DNA from: Saprolegnia diclina VS20
Taxonomy: Eukaryota
DNA length: 64,000 nt
NCBI RefSeq assembly: GCF_000281045.1
Contig: NW_008246097.1
Span: forward strand, 545,911 to 609,910
Direction of reading: 5' to 3'
Shown: positions 35,919 to 47,228 of the stretch, piece by piece
How the letters are laid out: every line of letters begins with the position of its first letter
Numbering within the stretch: position 1 is the stretch's first letter
The notes under the pieces: model-generated
Databases searched by the model: none
The model's input: the letters and a program-made list of their open reading frames with translations, nothing else
Told to the model about the DNA's origin: nothing
Translations under genes and position numbers: made by a program

Positions 35919-37066
35919 ATGGAGGTGGTCCAGGATGTGTACACGTCGTTCTGCGCCGGCATCCAGGACGCGATCTCGCTGCATCGAATCACAACGCTCT
36001 TCTGGAACTCGCCCATCATTCGAAAGTGCTCGGCCAAGTGCTTGGGTCTCAATGGGCTCCTCTTCCTCGGCAGTATCTTCTTCTTCGAGTTCGTGGTCCT
36101 GCCTGTGATTCACTTGTTTGGTGACGTGCTCTCGGCGTCACTCTCGCAACACGCGACGGACATTGCGTCCGACTACTACCGCGAGTGGATCGACTCGGTC
36201 GTCTTTGTCCTCTACCAGGTACATACGCGTGTACTTTGCCACGTTTTGTGACGTGACTACTAGGGCTTGTGGATGTACCCGATCTACTGCATTAGCTTCA
36301 TCCTCAACACGATTTGGTACCAAGACATTGCCGACGATGGTGGTACTCTCCTCGATGCCGAAATGCTCATGCTTTCGATAGCCTACCTCTTGCATCATGG
36401 TCAACCACGGCCGACCGCCGTGCGGGAAATGATCCGGTACGCATCACTTAGATTGACTTGGCTCATCGAAGATGCCGCAGCGACGAGCTCTACCGAGCGA
36501 TCCTCGTCGCGTTCTTTCTTGGCCAAACGATGCTGAGCTACTTTGTGCCTGTCGTGGGTCCGTTCTTGAGCTTCGTCTACCTCAGCTGGCTCTACGCACT
36601 CTACTGCTTCGAGTACAAGTGGTCGCTGCACGGCTGGGGTCTCGAGAAGCGCCTCGCCATCATGGAGCAGCACTGGTACGGCGCATTGTATTCGACGAAG
36701 TTGCGTGATTTGTTCTCGCAGGGCGTACTTTGCTGGGTTTGGCTGCCCGTTTACACTCGCGACGTTTTTCGCACCCAACTTCATCAGCAAAGGCCTCTTC
36801 GCCGTCTTCTTCCCCGTCGTACGCGGCACGATCTTAGATGGCTGCTCATGACTACCTAGTTTTTGCTGTTGGCCATCACATCGGATCCGCCGACGGGCGA
36901 ATCGGTCGGCTCGATCAAGCTGCCGCTCTTCCGGTGTGCTTGGGTGCAGTGTCATTGGAAGCTAACCGAGCGTAGGCAATCACGCTGGCTCAGCCTTCAG
37001 CTTCTGCGCCGTGTGAGCCTCTTGTCCGGAATCAAGCAAACCAAGCGCCCGACGCCCAAGCACTAA
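35919..37066 (+). CDS. EI24: EI24 (etoposide-induced 2.4) family membrane protein
   Basis: CLGLNGLLFLGSI, LWMYPIYCISFILNTIWYQDIA, SWLYALYCFEYKW, EQHW|AYFAGFG, LPLF. Multi-exon. Confidence 0.88.
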
Positions 37067-37246
37067 CCCACCGCATTAATATATGATTTTGGCGTGCTCT
37101 CCCTAAATCTTACCAAAGGTTTGCAGCGCAGGCTTGTGAAGTGCTACATAAGTGGAATACCCGCGGTGCGACACGCGTAGTCGGGGGTAGGGTTGAGCGT
37201 CTGCACTAATTTTAGCTGCGGAGGTCGAAACCAGCGTCGGGCCGCG

Positions 37247-39149
37247 ATGCCGCCGGCGAACCGACAGAAGGAGCTCGAGACGCAGGTCGAGGACCTCCGC
37301 CGTGATATCGAGAACCTCAATAAGCGCACGGCCGCCGACAAGGCGCAGATGCAAACCGCAATTGAGATGGAGAAGCGCTTCCGGGCGCAGGCCGACGCCG
37401 AGGCCGCGACCGCCGTCGCCCGCGCCGACGAGCTCCTCGCTGCGACAACGACCTTGCAGCAAGACAAGGACGCGCTCGAGTTGGCGCTCGCCACATCCCA
37501 AGCCAACGAACAGCAGACGTTAGAGCAGTACAACGCAGTCTCGAGCCAGCTTCTCGCCGCCCAAGAGCACACGGCGCAGCTAGATGCGTACATCCTCGAG
37601 CTCCAAACACACATCAAGACGCTCGACGAGAACATCGAGCGCGGTGGCATCGCCGAGACAACATACCAGCTCGAGCTCACGGTGGCTGTCACGCGCGCCA
37701 ACGAGCTCGAAGCGCAGTGGGCCGAAGCGCAGTCGACGATGGATTCGAGCAGTGCCAACTTGCGCAGCGAGCTAGCCGAGCGAGACGAACGCCTTGCGTC
37801 CTTGCGCGCCGAGCACGAACAGGCGCTGGTCGACGCCAACGCGCAGATCGCCGCGGTCGAAGCGTCCGTGGCGTCACTCCAAACTCAAAACAGCGCGCTC
37901 AACGGCGAAATTGAGACGTGGAAGAAGCACGATACGAAAGGGCTTGGCGAGACGCTCCAAGAGCTCCAGAACGAGCTGTTTGAGAAATCGACGGCGCTCG
38001 TCGCGCAGGGCGAGAAGCTCTTGTCGGTCTCGGAGGCGCTGAATAAATGCAAGACGGCGCTGCTTGTCGCCAAGAAGGACGTGTCGGACGCGCGTGTGCT
38101 CCTTCTTCGCGGCATTGCGGGCCCCAACGTTGACGTGTCCTTGTACCAGCACGTCCGGCTCGACGAGCTCGTGCGGCTTCGCCTCAAGAACGAAGCCGAG
38201 TGCCAAAGTCTCCTCGACGAGTCGGAGGCGCCGAGCGAAGTCAACGCCGACTTGGGCTTGAGCAGCTTGAGTAAACTCGAGCGTGAAATGCGACTTCTCC
38301 GCAGCCGCAACAAGCGGCTCGTCGAGCGCTCGTCCGAGCTCGAGAAGGAGCTCCAGGCCGCAGTAGGCGCCATGGACGACGTCAAGGCGCTAAAAGAAAA
38401 GACCGCCGAGCTCGCGGGTCGTCAGCGGACAGAGAAGGAGCTCCGTAGCAAGTCGGACGAAGCGCGGGTCGAAGCCAACGAGAAGATCGTCGCCCTCTCC
38501 GAGCACATAGAGAAGCTCATGATCCACCTCAAGCACGAGGCGGCGGCCAAAACGAAGGCACTCGAGAGCGTCCGGTCGCTCGAGAGCGAGCGGCGCGACC
38601 TCGTCGAGAGCGTGGCCCAGCTGACCAAGAAGATGGCAGCCAAAGACAAAACCATGGGCGAGCTGCAGCAAGGCAGCAAGATCCTCGAAGACCAACTGCG
38701 GCTCATGGATGAAAAGTACATTGAGCTCCGCAACAAACTCGATTGGACGCGGACGACGTCGCAGAAGGAGGTCAAAAAGCTCAGCCACGAACTTAGCGTA
38801 CTGCGCTGCAAGTGGCAAATGGCGCTCGACACGGGCCAGCTCCCGACCGACACGTATGTGCTCAAGCCCATGTACGTGCTTCATTATTTCTATCGTTGTA
38901 TTTTCGATGCGACGTGGCGATTTGTATAGCAAAAAGATGCAGCTGCTCTCGAGTCCCCACAGCGCCTCGGACTCGAAGCTGCTCGGCTCCAACAACGACG
39001 ATGTCCCGCGCAGCACAGCAAGTACGACACCGATCAAGCGGTCCGTGGCCTTTGAAATACCCAAGCTACCGCAGCCCGACAGCGAAGTCGGCACCCCGTG
39101 GTCCGACACCAAGCTCGACGCGCTGCAACGACAACTGCAGCGCAAATAA
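37247..39149 (+). CDS. Long coiled-coil protein of unknown function
   Basis: About 540-aa E/K/L/A/Q-rich heptad ORF plus a last exon after an intron at about 38872-38929. Confidence 0.8.
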
Positions 39150-39200
39150 GAGGTCGCAAAAGCATGTCACCCCGTAGTAATCGTGTCTAGTTGTTCATGT

Positions 39201-40442
39201 TCAGCTGCGAGGCGGGACATACGAGAGCGGATTGCACGCCATAAACTGCTTGTCTGTCGACATGTCGTACGCGGCTGTCGGGTATACGTGGCTGAACGCG
39301 ACCCACTGCTTGAACGAGCGCTTGGTCCCGACGTTGGCGCCCGTGTACAGCGCTTGCAGGTGCGCGTAGCTTTGGCGCTGCGTGGTTTTCATGGCGGCGA
39401 GCGGATCCGGCGACTTGACGTCCCATTGCACCAGCTGCAGCGGGTGCAGCACCCGAGGCATGTACTTGGCATATGCGATCTCGATGGACGGGGCGTAGAA
39501 ATCATAGCCCGACGTCCACCACCGCGTCGCTCGATGGTACGCGTCGCCGTGCCATACGTAGAGGGCTTTGGCGTCGGCGGGCGCCGCCGACAGCGCGTGG
39601 ATCGGCCCGAAATGGAAGCTTTCGGCGTACTGGGCGCTGAGGCGTGGCTCGGTGAACGGCGGCTTGACGAGCACGGGCGGGTTGAAATCTACAGCCGCCA
39701 GCGCCGCGTCTTTGGTCCACACACGCGCAGTGCACATGAGTGCGCGCTGCGTGCGATCGATGGGCCACGCTTTGGATACGAGCGCGGGCGGCGCGATGCT
39801 GAGGATGCCATGGGGGTTCTGCGCCCGGCGCCACTCGGTGAGCAACAGCGTGTCCCACTTGTCGACAAACTCGAGGCGCGAGTCGATCGAGAGATAGTAC
39901 TTGTTCTTTGGCGCTGTCAACCAATTCGACGGAACCATGGCCTCGGCGAGGGCCCGCGCCGGGCTCGGGCCCACGTGGTCGTTTGCGTGCCGGAACTTGT
40001 GGTCGATACGGCCGCGGTGCTCGGCGCAGATATCACGCGACGCAGCACAGAACGTCTCGAAGCAGCTTGCGTCGTTCGGGTCGCCGCTCGTCGCGTCAAT
40101 CTCTTCAAAGAGCACGAGGTGCAGACCGTGCGGTGCATCCGCCATCTCGTAGAGCGACGTGAGCGTGGCCACGCACTGCTCAGAATCGCGGTAATTGGTC
40201 ATGATCACAGCAATCGCGTGGTCGATTTGCGGTGCGACTTTCTTGAGCGACGAGCGCGACGCGGCCGGGAGCGCGTGGTCAGCGGCGTGGAGCTTGCTGG
40301 GTTCACCCTGGAAGGCGGACGAGAGCTGCGAGATCTCAAAGAGGAGGCCAAAGACGCAGATCGCGCAGGCAACGAGGAGCAGGTAGACGTACTTGGCCGC
40401 AATGAGCTGGCGCAGCCCTCCGCGCTGGTGCTGGTGCCGCAT
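39201..40442 (-). CDS. GT60/Gnt1-like type II membrane GlcNAc-transferase homolog with degenerate catalytic motifs
   Basis: N-terminal TM anchor; NYRDSEQCVATL, GPSPAR, YYLSIDSRLEFVDKWD, RWWTSGYDFYAP. Intronless. Confidence 0.8.
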   Translation of the reverse strand: MRHQHQRGGLRQLIAAKYVYLLLVACAICVFGLLFEISQLSSAFQGEPSKLHAADHALPAASRSSLKKVAPQIDHAIAVIMTNYRDSEQCVATLTSLYEMADAPHGLHLVLFEEIDATSGDPNDASCFETFCAASRDICAEHRGRIDHKFRHANDHVGPSPARALAEAMVPSNWLTAPKNKYYLSIDSRLEFVDKWDTLLLTEWRRAQNPHGILSIAPPALVSKAWPIDRTQRALMCTARVWTKDAALAAVDFNPPVLVKPPFTEPRLSAQYAESFHFGPIHALSAAPADAKALYVWHGDAYHRATRWWTSGYDFYAPSIEIAYAKYMPRVLHPLQLVQWDVKSPDPLAAMKTTQRQSYAHLQALYTGANVGTKRSFKQWVAFSHVYPTAAYDMSTDKQFMACNPLSYVPPRS

Positions 40443-40823
40443 CGCTCACTTCGATTTGTCGAATCTTCGTTCGATTGTATCCGGATGTATCGCCGGATAC
40501 CACGCTAGACACGCGATGTCGAACCGCTGCAATCCCAAGGGTGGCATCACATCGCCTCGTCAAGCACAAGTACGTTGCTGCTCTAGTACCTGCGTATAGC
40601 TAGCTTGCTACTTTGCTAGTAGAAGCGGGCTCGACAGCAGCCATGCAGCAGCGAGTTCGTGACCTTGGCAGGAAATTAAGTTGCGTGATTATAGACCATC
40701 CTGGTGTGTAGCATCGGAGATGGTCGGCGAGCACGCAACCGTTTCTTGATTGATTGCCAAGAGCCATGCGTCGACAACCAACGCCAGCATCTCGGCAGCG
40801 CCGCCGTGGCTTTGGCTTCGTCC

Positions 40824-42092
40824 ATGACCTACGTAGTCCTCAACGACGCGCTGCTGGCGCAACTCGTTAGACGGGGCCATATATCCGGATGGAAGAATGC
40901 ACCAATCATGCGCCGGCTATTTTGGCGGGCAGACAACGGGCCAATCACGCGTCGCCTTCCTGGGCCGCCGTTGACAAGGAGGACGATGACCGAGTCGGAG
41001 GTCCGGCTGCAGCGCTACCTCGGCTTCTACGTCGACGCCAAGGTACATCGACATGCTATGACGTCGCCGCCGACGCCTGCGGGTAGGACGAGCGCAGCGC
41101 ATGGTGCGAGGCTGTTGTGACGCACATCAACCGCACGACCGACACGGTCCGGGTCCACTACGTGGGCTACCACGAGCGCTACAACCGATGGCTGACGCTA
41201 GACAACCTCGCGCCTTTCCAAACGTTCTCAAGTACGTACTGTGTATGGCTATGTGGCGTCTGACGCCTCGTGTTTCTAGGCCGCTCCGACAAGCCGCTGG
41301 TGCCAAACCGGCCCATCTGGAGCGGCGACGCGTCCGTCCTGACGGGCTTCAACAGCTTCATCCAAGAGTCAACGCACAAAGTACCCGAGAAGGCGAAAGG
41401 AAAAGGCAAGAAGCGCAAGACGATCGACTACTCGAGCAATCGCAGCCGACCAAGAAAAGCCAAGCCGGCTGCCGCCTCGACGGTCGAAGCGCCTACTGAG
41501 GAGCCTTCCGTGCACTCGCCCCAGGAGTGTATGATCAACCCGTCCCGGAGCATGGGAGTGACCCTCGCACTCTCTCCGGTGGCATCCCCCGCCAAAGCGA
41601 CGAGCGCATTGCTCTCGTCGCCGTCCAAGGACGTCCAAGCATCCCTTGCCGCTCTTGATCGCCATGGTACTCGACCGATTCCACGAAGCAGCCTCACGGT
41701 GCATCTAGTTGACTCTGACAAGAATCTCGCAGACGTGCAAAACGCGATACCCGGCGCCACCGAGAGACCTTTGACCAAGCGAGGTACGTTCACCGGACTA
41801 GGCCTCTTGTAACATAGCCGTAGTCGTCTCCATCAAGGCCGGCTCGCCACCGCGCCGAGCCACGCGGTCACGGACGCCCCATGCTCTCATCCCACGTGAC
41901 GGCGTGAACCTCAGCGCGCCTCTCAAGAGCTCTGGCGCAACAGCACCGCTTGTGCCCGACGTTGTCTTCCAAGACATGGCACCCGACGCCCGCAGCGAGC
42001 TTCGGGAGACGAACTTGCGTCACATGCACGACGCGTCGGCCTTCATGGCCGCGTGCATCGCCGAGTTCCAGGCCAACGTTTCGACCGCGTAA
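40824..42092 (+). CDS. Protein with a Tudor-knot/chromo-barrel-like domain
   Basis: Spliced YVDAK|DERSAWCEAVV...VRVHYVGYHERYNRW, followed by a basic NLS-like KGKKRK and a S/P-rich tail. Start uncertain (40824 or 40986). Confidence 0.6.
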
Positions 42093-42610
42093 GCGAGCTC
42101 GACGCTATCACGTCCTAATATATGTACTGTACGGAGAGGTTGGGCGAATGAGTGTGCAGGCTCGGCTACGTCAGCTGTAGGGTCTGGTAGCTGCGTACGA
42201 AGGCTGGACATTTGGTCTCCGTGTTGGGTGACTTACCTAATAGCGCTCGCATCGGCGCGTTCGACCGAGGTTGACGACGAAGCGAAGAGTACCGTGCACC
42301 CTGGCCGCCAAGGTTGTCGCGATGGTGATATTCGCTAGAACAGGCTCTGTACGTGGTAGTGCAGTGAACTGGCTGCCCTCTCCCGCCCGCCGATCGTCGC
42401 TTCTAGTAATGTTAGAGGTCGACGCTCCTACTGTAGATCAACGTAGCGACAGTCGTTCTAGTATGCGATCTGCTGCGAGCAAGGCTCTTCTCAACTAAAC
42501 GTCACTCGAGGATCGAGGAAAATTGGTTAAATATACTACGAATCCGAGAGGCGGTACGTCGCGCAACACGAGGAGCCGACGACGCAGCTAGCGTCCGCTT
42601 GGTAGCACAT

Positions 42611-43168
42611 CTAGGCCAAGGCGTAGGCCAAGGCCGCCGAGCCGATCGCGAGGAGCGAGGCCGAGTTGGCAACCGCAGCCGACGGCGCGGGTGTCGGGGT
42701 CGCGGCAGCGACCTTGGTGCGCGGCGCGGTCGTGATGTCGGCGATGGTCACAATGGGCACCGTCGTGGCGTTGCCGTCCGTGGAGTTGGCAAGCGTCGCC
42801 GTCGGGCGCGTCGACTTGGCCGGCGCCGTCGTCACAATGAGGTTCGGGTCGACGCCGCACTTCTTGATGTACGGCTGGATGTCAGTGATCGGCGTCTTGC
42901 TGTCAAAGACGCAGTTCGGGAACTTGCCGACCAAGTTTTGGACGGCGACGACGCACGACGGGACGGCGCAAATATCGTCGGGCGTACCGTTGAAGATAGT
43001 CTTTTGCGCATCGTTCGTGCACGCCATGTACGTCTCCGAGGCCTGGAGCGCGTTGATGGCCGCGATCTGCGTCTGCGTGCAGGCGGCCGAGACCTTGGGC
43101 GGCGCCGTCGTCGTCGAGTTGGCGGCCATGGCGCAGGCGGCGAGGGTGGCGAGTACAGTGAGCTTCAT
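42611..43168 (-). CDS. Elicitin-like, putatively GPI-anchored secreted protein
   Basis: Signal peptide; six-Cys domain with C-x4-C and PNC; Thr/Ala/Pro-rich stalk; hydrophobic C-terminus. Confidence 0.8.
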   Translation of the reverse strand: MKLTVLATLAACAMAANSTTTAPPKVSAACTQTQIAAINALQASETYMACTNDAQKTIFNGTPDDICAVPSCVVAVQNLVGKFPNCVFDSKTPITDIQPYIKKCGVDPNLIVTTAPAKSTRPTATLANSTDGNATTVPIVTIADITTAPRTKVAAATPTPAPSAAVANSASLLAIGSAALAYALA

Positions 43169-43177
43169 CGAGACTGT

Positions 43178-43194
43178 GGGAATTGCGGAATGGC
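43178..43194 (-). promoter_or_regulatory. Oomycete INR/FPR-like core promoter element
   Basis: GCCATTCCGCAATTCCC about 10 nt upstream of the elicitin-like ATG. Confidence 0.55.
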
Positions 43195-43585
43195 ACGCAA
43201 TGTCGCCACCGAGAAAATTTTGCGCCCACTTGCTGATCGGCTCCGACCATCATACAAAGCCCAAGTAAATTCCTCTCCACCGCTCTGATTCGTCCGTATT
43301 CCATGACTTTTGGCCAATGATATGCGATACCGCGCCGTGACCAACGCGGGCACACACGCTCGGCGCAGCGGCGGCCGCTTGAAGAAGGCGAGTACGAGGG
43401 GACTGAGATTCTCGGTCTGACCAGTCGCCCTGCTTCTCGCGATGGAAAGGCGGCGAAGCCTCAGCATGCACCTCGGCGCTGCATAGAACGACCATGACGC
43501 TCTATGGCAAGGCGGTGGCAAGGCCATGCAGGCGGTCGCACCCATTCGTCGCTGCCAGGTGGCGCCGTCAACGTGTGTTTTTAAC

Positions 43586-46577
43586 TTACTTGCTGCACTC
43601 GTCCTCGGCAACGGCAGCGTCAGCCCACTTGTACGCGACGAGGTGCGCGAGAAGCGCTTGCTTTTCCTGCTCGCTAAAGTTGGCGTTGTGGCCGCAGCTG
43701 AGTGGCACGAGCGCGCCAAGCACCGCATCATCGATGGCCTTGGCGCTGCGGGCTTGCATGGATGCGTAGAGGTATTCAATCATGTCCATAACGTAGCCCG
43801 CGTCGTCGTCCGTGCTGAGCCACGCCGCCGAGCTTTGTACCTAGAGTGCGTGCACGCGAGTCGTCACCGATATACACGGTACAGTATATACCCGCTGCAG
43901 GAGGACGCGGACGTGTTCGATTGGGAGTGGCGTCACAAAATCGTGGGGTCGGCGCGCGACGGGCACGGTCGCAAGGCGCGTCGACGGTCCCCACACAATG
44001 AACGACGTGGTCCACGCGCGAATGCCCTCGAGGCCGCTGCCTACCGCCAGATCTTATGCTTGGCATCATCCAACCGCGGGCGTCGTACCGGCAGCGTAAA
44101 AGAGCGTTTGGCCGCAGTGGCCGTCGAGGGATGCGATCGCACTCCAGAGCGCAATGACGTCCTTCCCATGCGCCGCGTCGTCGACGTCGATGACGGTCGC
44201 ATCGGTCATCTCGAGCTCCATCGCGTCTTTGGCGCGCTCAGCGATGCGCAAGAGGTGCCATGCAAACTTGGCCACAATGGCTTCCGTCAACGGCTTGCCT
44301 GCGCGTCGATACGTCCATTGGTACAGATCTGGCCAAAGCCCTTACCAATGACGACGTCGGTCGATATCTCGTCGAGGGTATCGTAGCGAACAGGCCCACA
44401 CGCGGCCAAGCTTCTTGGAGTCGCGCGTCGTACCGGGTGCGCCTTTGGTGTCTGCGCCTGCAAGTCGCCGAGCTCGAGACGTAGAGCAATGCCGGACTTG
44501 AGCGACGAGCCATCGGCGATAATCTACTGCCACATCATGTTGCTGCCTCTGCTGCGTGTATACCTCGTCGCACGGGTCGCAGCACACAACTTTGTGGCAT
44601 GTGGCGTCCAAGTAGTTGGTGACGTTGTCGGTTTGCCAGCGCGTGACGCAGCTCAGTGCCCGGCCAGCCCACGACGCTGCACCGATTCTTGTTCAACCCA
44701 AGGTACGACACAATGGACCGTACCGACGAGACGCTGGGCGACGGCGGGGAGGTTGGCGAACGTGCGGTCGGCGATGAGGAGCTCAATGCCGTCGGCGTGC
44801 TTGGCCACATGCGTCGCGACCATGCCCTACACAGTTCTTCTCGTACCGTGCAACACAATTTATATATCTGTACGCCGATCGACTCGCCGTGGATCGCGAG
44901 GCGCCGAATCGACTGCTCGTTGCGCAGGTACGCGGCGACTGCCATGCCATCGAGGTTGTTGGCGTGCGGCGACGGATACCCCTTTGTGCGCCCTAGCATA
45001 CACGCTCTAAATCCACCGGCGAATCATCGTGCGTACCGTAGCCGCGGTAGTTGAAGAGGAAGACGTTGATGCCGAGCTTGGTGTAAAACTGGATCCAGTC
45101 CGACTGAAAGTGGTGAAACTCATACAAGCCGCAGTTAGGGTTGCAGAGGATCACAGTGCGCTCCGCGTTCTGCATCGGGAGGCCAAGCCCAGGAATGAAC
45201 ATGCCGTCGATCATGTTGCGTTCGTAGCCAGGGACCCATACTTGCGTCCCGTTCTATTGCGAGCGCATCAGAGTGCGACGCCGCAAGTCAGTCGTACGTG
45301 GCGCGCTCTCAGGTCGGCACGCATGAGGCTCAGGCTTGCGACAATACGCAGCGGTCGCAGCCGCGCGAGCACGAGCTCGCAGAGGAGCCCCCAGAGCCCC
45401 GACCGCTTCTACATGCATAGCAGTGTGTCGGTAGCCTCTTCGATAGGCGACGCGAGAGCGTACCGGTGTACCCGGTGGCTCCCCAACGCACTCGATGATG
45501 TCCCGGAGGTCCTGGACGCACAGGCCAAATTCGACCAGCGCTTTCTAAGAGCAGCCTTGACATGGGCACGGAGCTAAGAGACCGTACATCCAAGTCGAGC
45601 TGCTGACGGAGCGCTTCCATGTTGGTCGTCGTATTGGCTGCTAGCTGGGCGAAGGACGGGCGGAGCTTCTCCGCGTATTCGAGATAGACGCGAATGTGAG
45701 CGAGCGCTCGCTTGCCATCGGTCGTCAGCGTCTCTTCCTGGCGCAATTGGTTAAGGACATGTTTGTGGTCATGCTTCGAACCTCGTCGACAATCTCGAGC
45801 GAACGTTGGAGCACGACCATGATGTTGGTCAAGCACGACTCGAACGAGGCGTAGACCTCGCGGAAGGCGGTCGTCGTCTCGGGCGTACAGGGCTCGGGCG
45901 ACAGAAGCAGCTAGTCACCGCAGTTGAATACGAGAATGGTGCCAAGACGATACCTGAATGAGCTCGTCGGTCGTCTCGGCGGTGAGACGCACCCACTTTT
46001 TGATCATGAGCGCAAAGCTGCGCTCACAGTCGCGCGCGACGACTTGGAGGTGGCCAGGATACGAGAGCACGAGCGCGGCCAGGCGAGCTATGCATACAAC
46101 GAGGGCGACGACAAGGAGAAACAGCCCTAGCCTCGCGTGACGACAGAGACGCTTCGTCTCGCAGTACCTGGGCGCGTGATCAAGTGGGCGAGCCAGGCGA
46201 GGAAGATCCTGTGGGCTTGATGCGTCAAGACGAGCCACGGGCATGACCAAGCGTACCACGATAGGATGAAGGCCGCGTTGACGCAGAGGCATACGACAAG
46301 AGTCGTCAATGGGTTCTAGCCAGGCTTAGAGGCCATGACCAATGTCCGTGCAACGCACCATAACAAGGCTGCGGAACGGCTCCCATAGCTGCTCCGCGAG
46401 GCAGGTCGCGTTGGCCTCGGGTAGCAGTGGCGCATCGGCTTCGGCCTCGGTCTCGTCAACGGAGCTGTCACTGTCCGAGAAGGACGAGACATGGAACGAG
46501 TCGATCTCCGGCTGCGGCTGGTCCAAGCTTGTCGGCGCTACCTTGGTCGTCGGTAGCTCGACTTGGGCCATCATCAT
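43586..46577 (-). CDS. Membrane-anchored alpha/beta-hydrolase (ABHD-like), multi-exon
   Basis: N-terminal TMs; IDGMFIP, VILCNPN, VFLFNYRGY|GRTKGYPSP, IHGESIG (GxSxG), IADRTFANL, CDPCDE, CGHN. The 3' end is uncertain. Confidence 0.8.
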
Positions 46578-47228
46578 GGTCTGGGTACACTTTGCTCGAA
46601 GCAGCCTTTTATGCGAAATTTAAATTTCACATACAAACATCAAGTAAAGTGCGAATGAAATGCATGTTAAATATAGATTAATTCGAAACGACACATGGAA
46701 ATAGTGTATGACGCGTTTGGACCGAATAGACTCTTACTGGTACCGGCACTGGACTGTCATGTGAGGAGCTGGACGCTGGCTGCATTACGCACACGCGATC
46801 GACGAGGCGTGGGCAAGCCGCCTTCGCGAGACTTCGATGGCAGGTCGCGATCCACGCACCCAAGCAGCAAACTGTATGAAATAGTGTGAAATTGAAGTGA
46901 CTCTGGTGGAATACTCGATGGATCTCAATCGGGCTTGGCCTAGGACATGCCCTTTTATATAGAACGGTATACGACACAACGGTGTCCCTTTCGGTGCCAT
47001 TGAAGAGGCAGTTGGCTCAAAGCTTGCAACGTGCGGCCACGGCACGTGCGCACGGTGTGGACACGCCCTTAAATAGTGTTGATGGTATAATGTGTCAGAG
47101 GTAATGTATCTAATGTGACAGGATATGCAATGCGACGATGCAAGGTGCGACCACTGACTGGGAATCCGCGCATCTAATTGGCTGAAATCATCGCCGAGGA
47201 GAGAGCTTTCGGGGTCCCTTGATCATCG

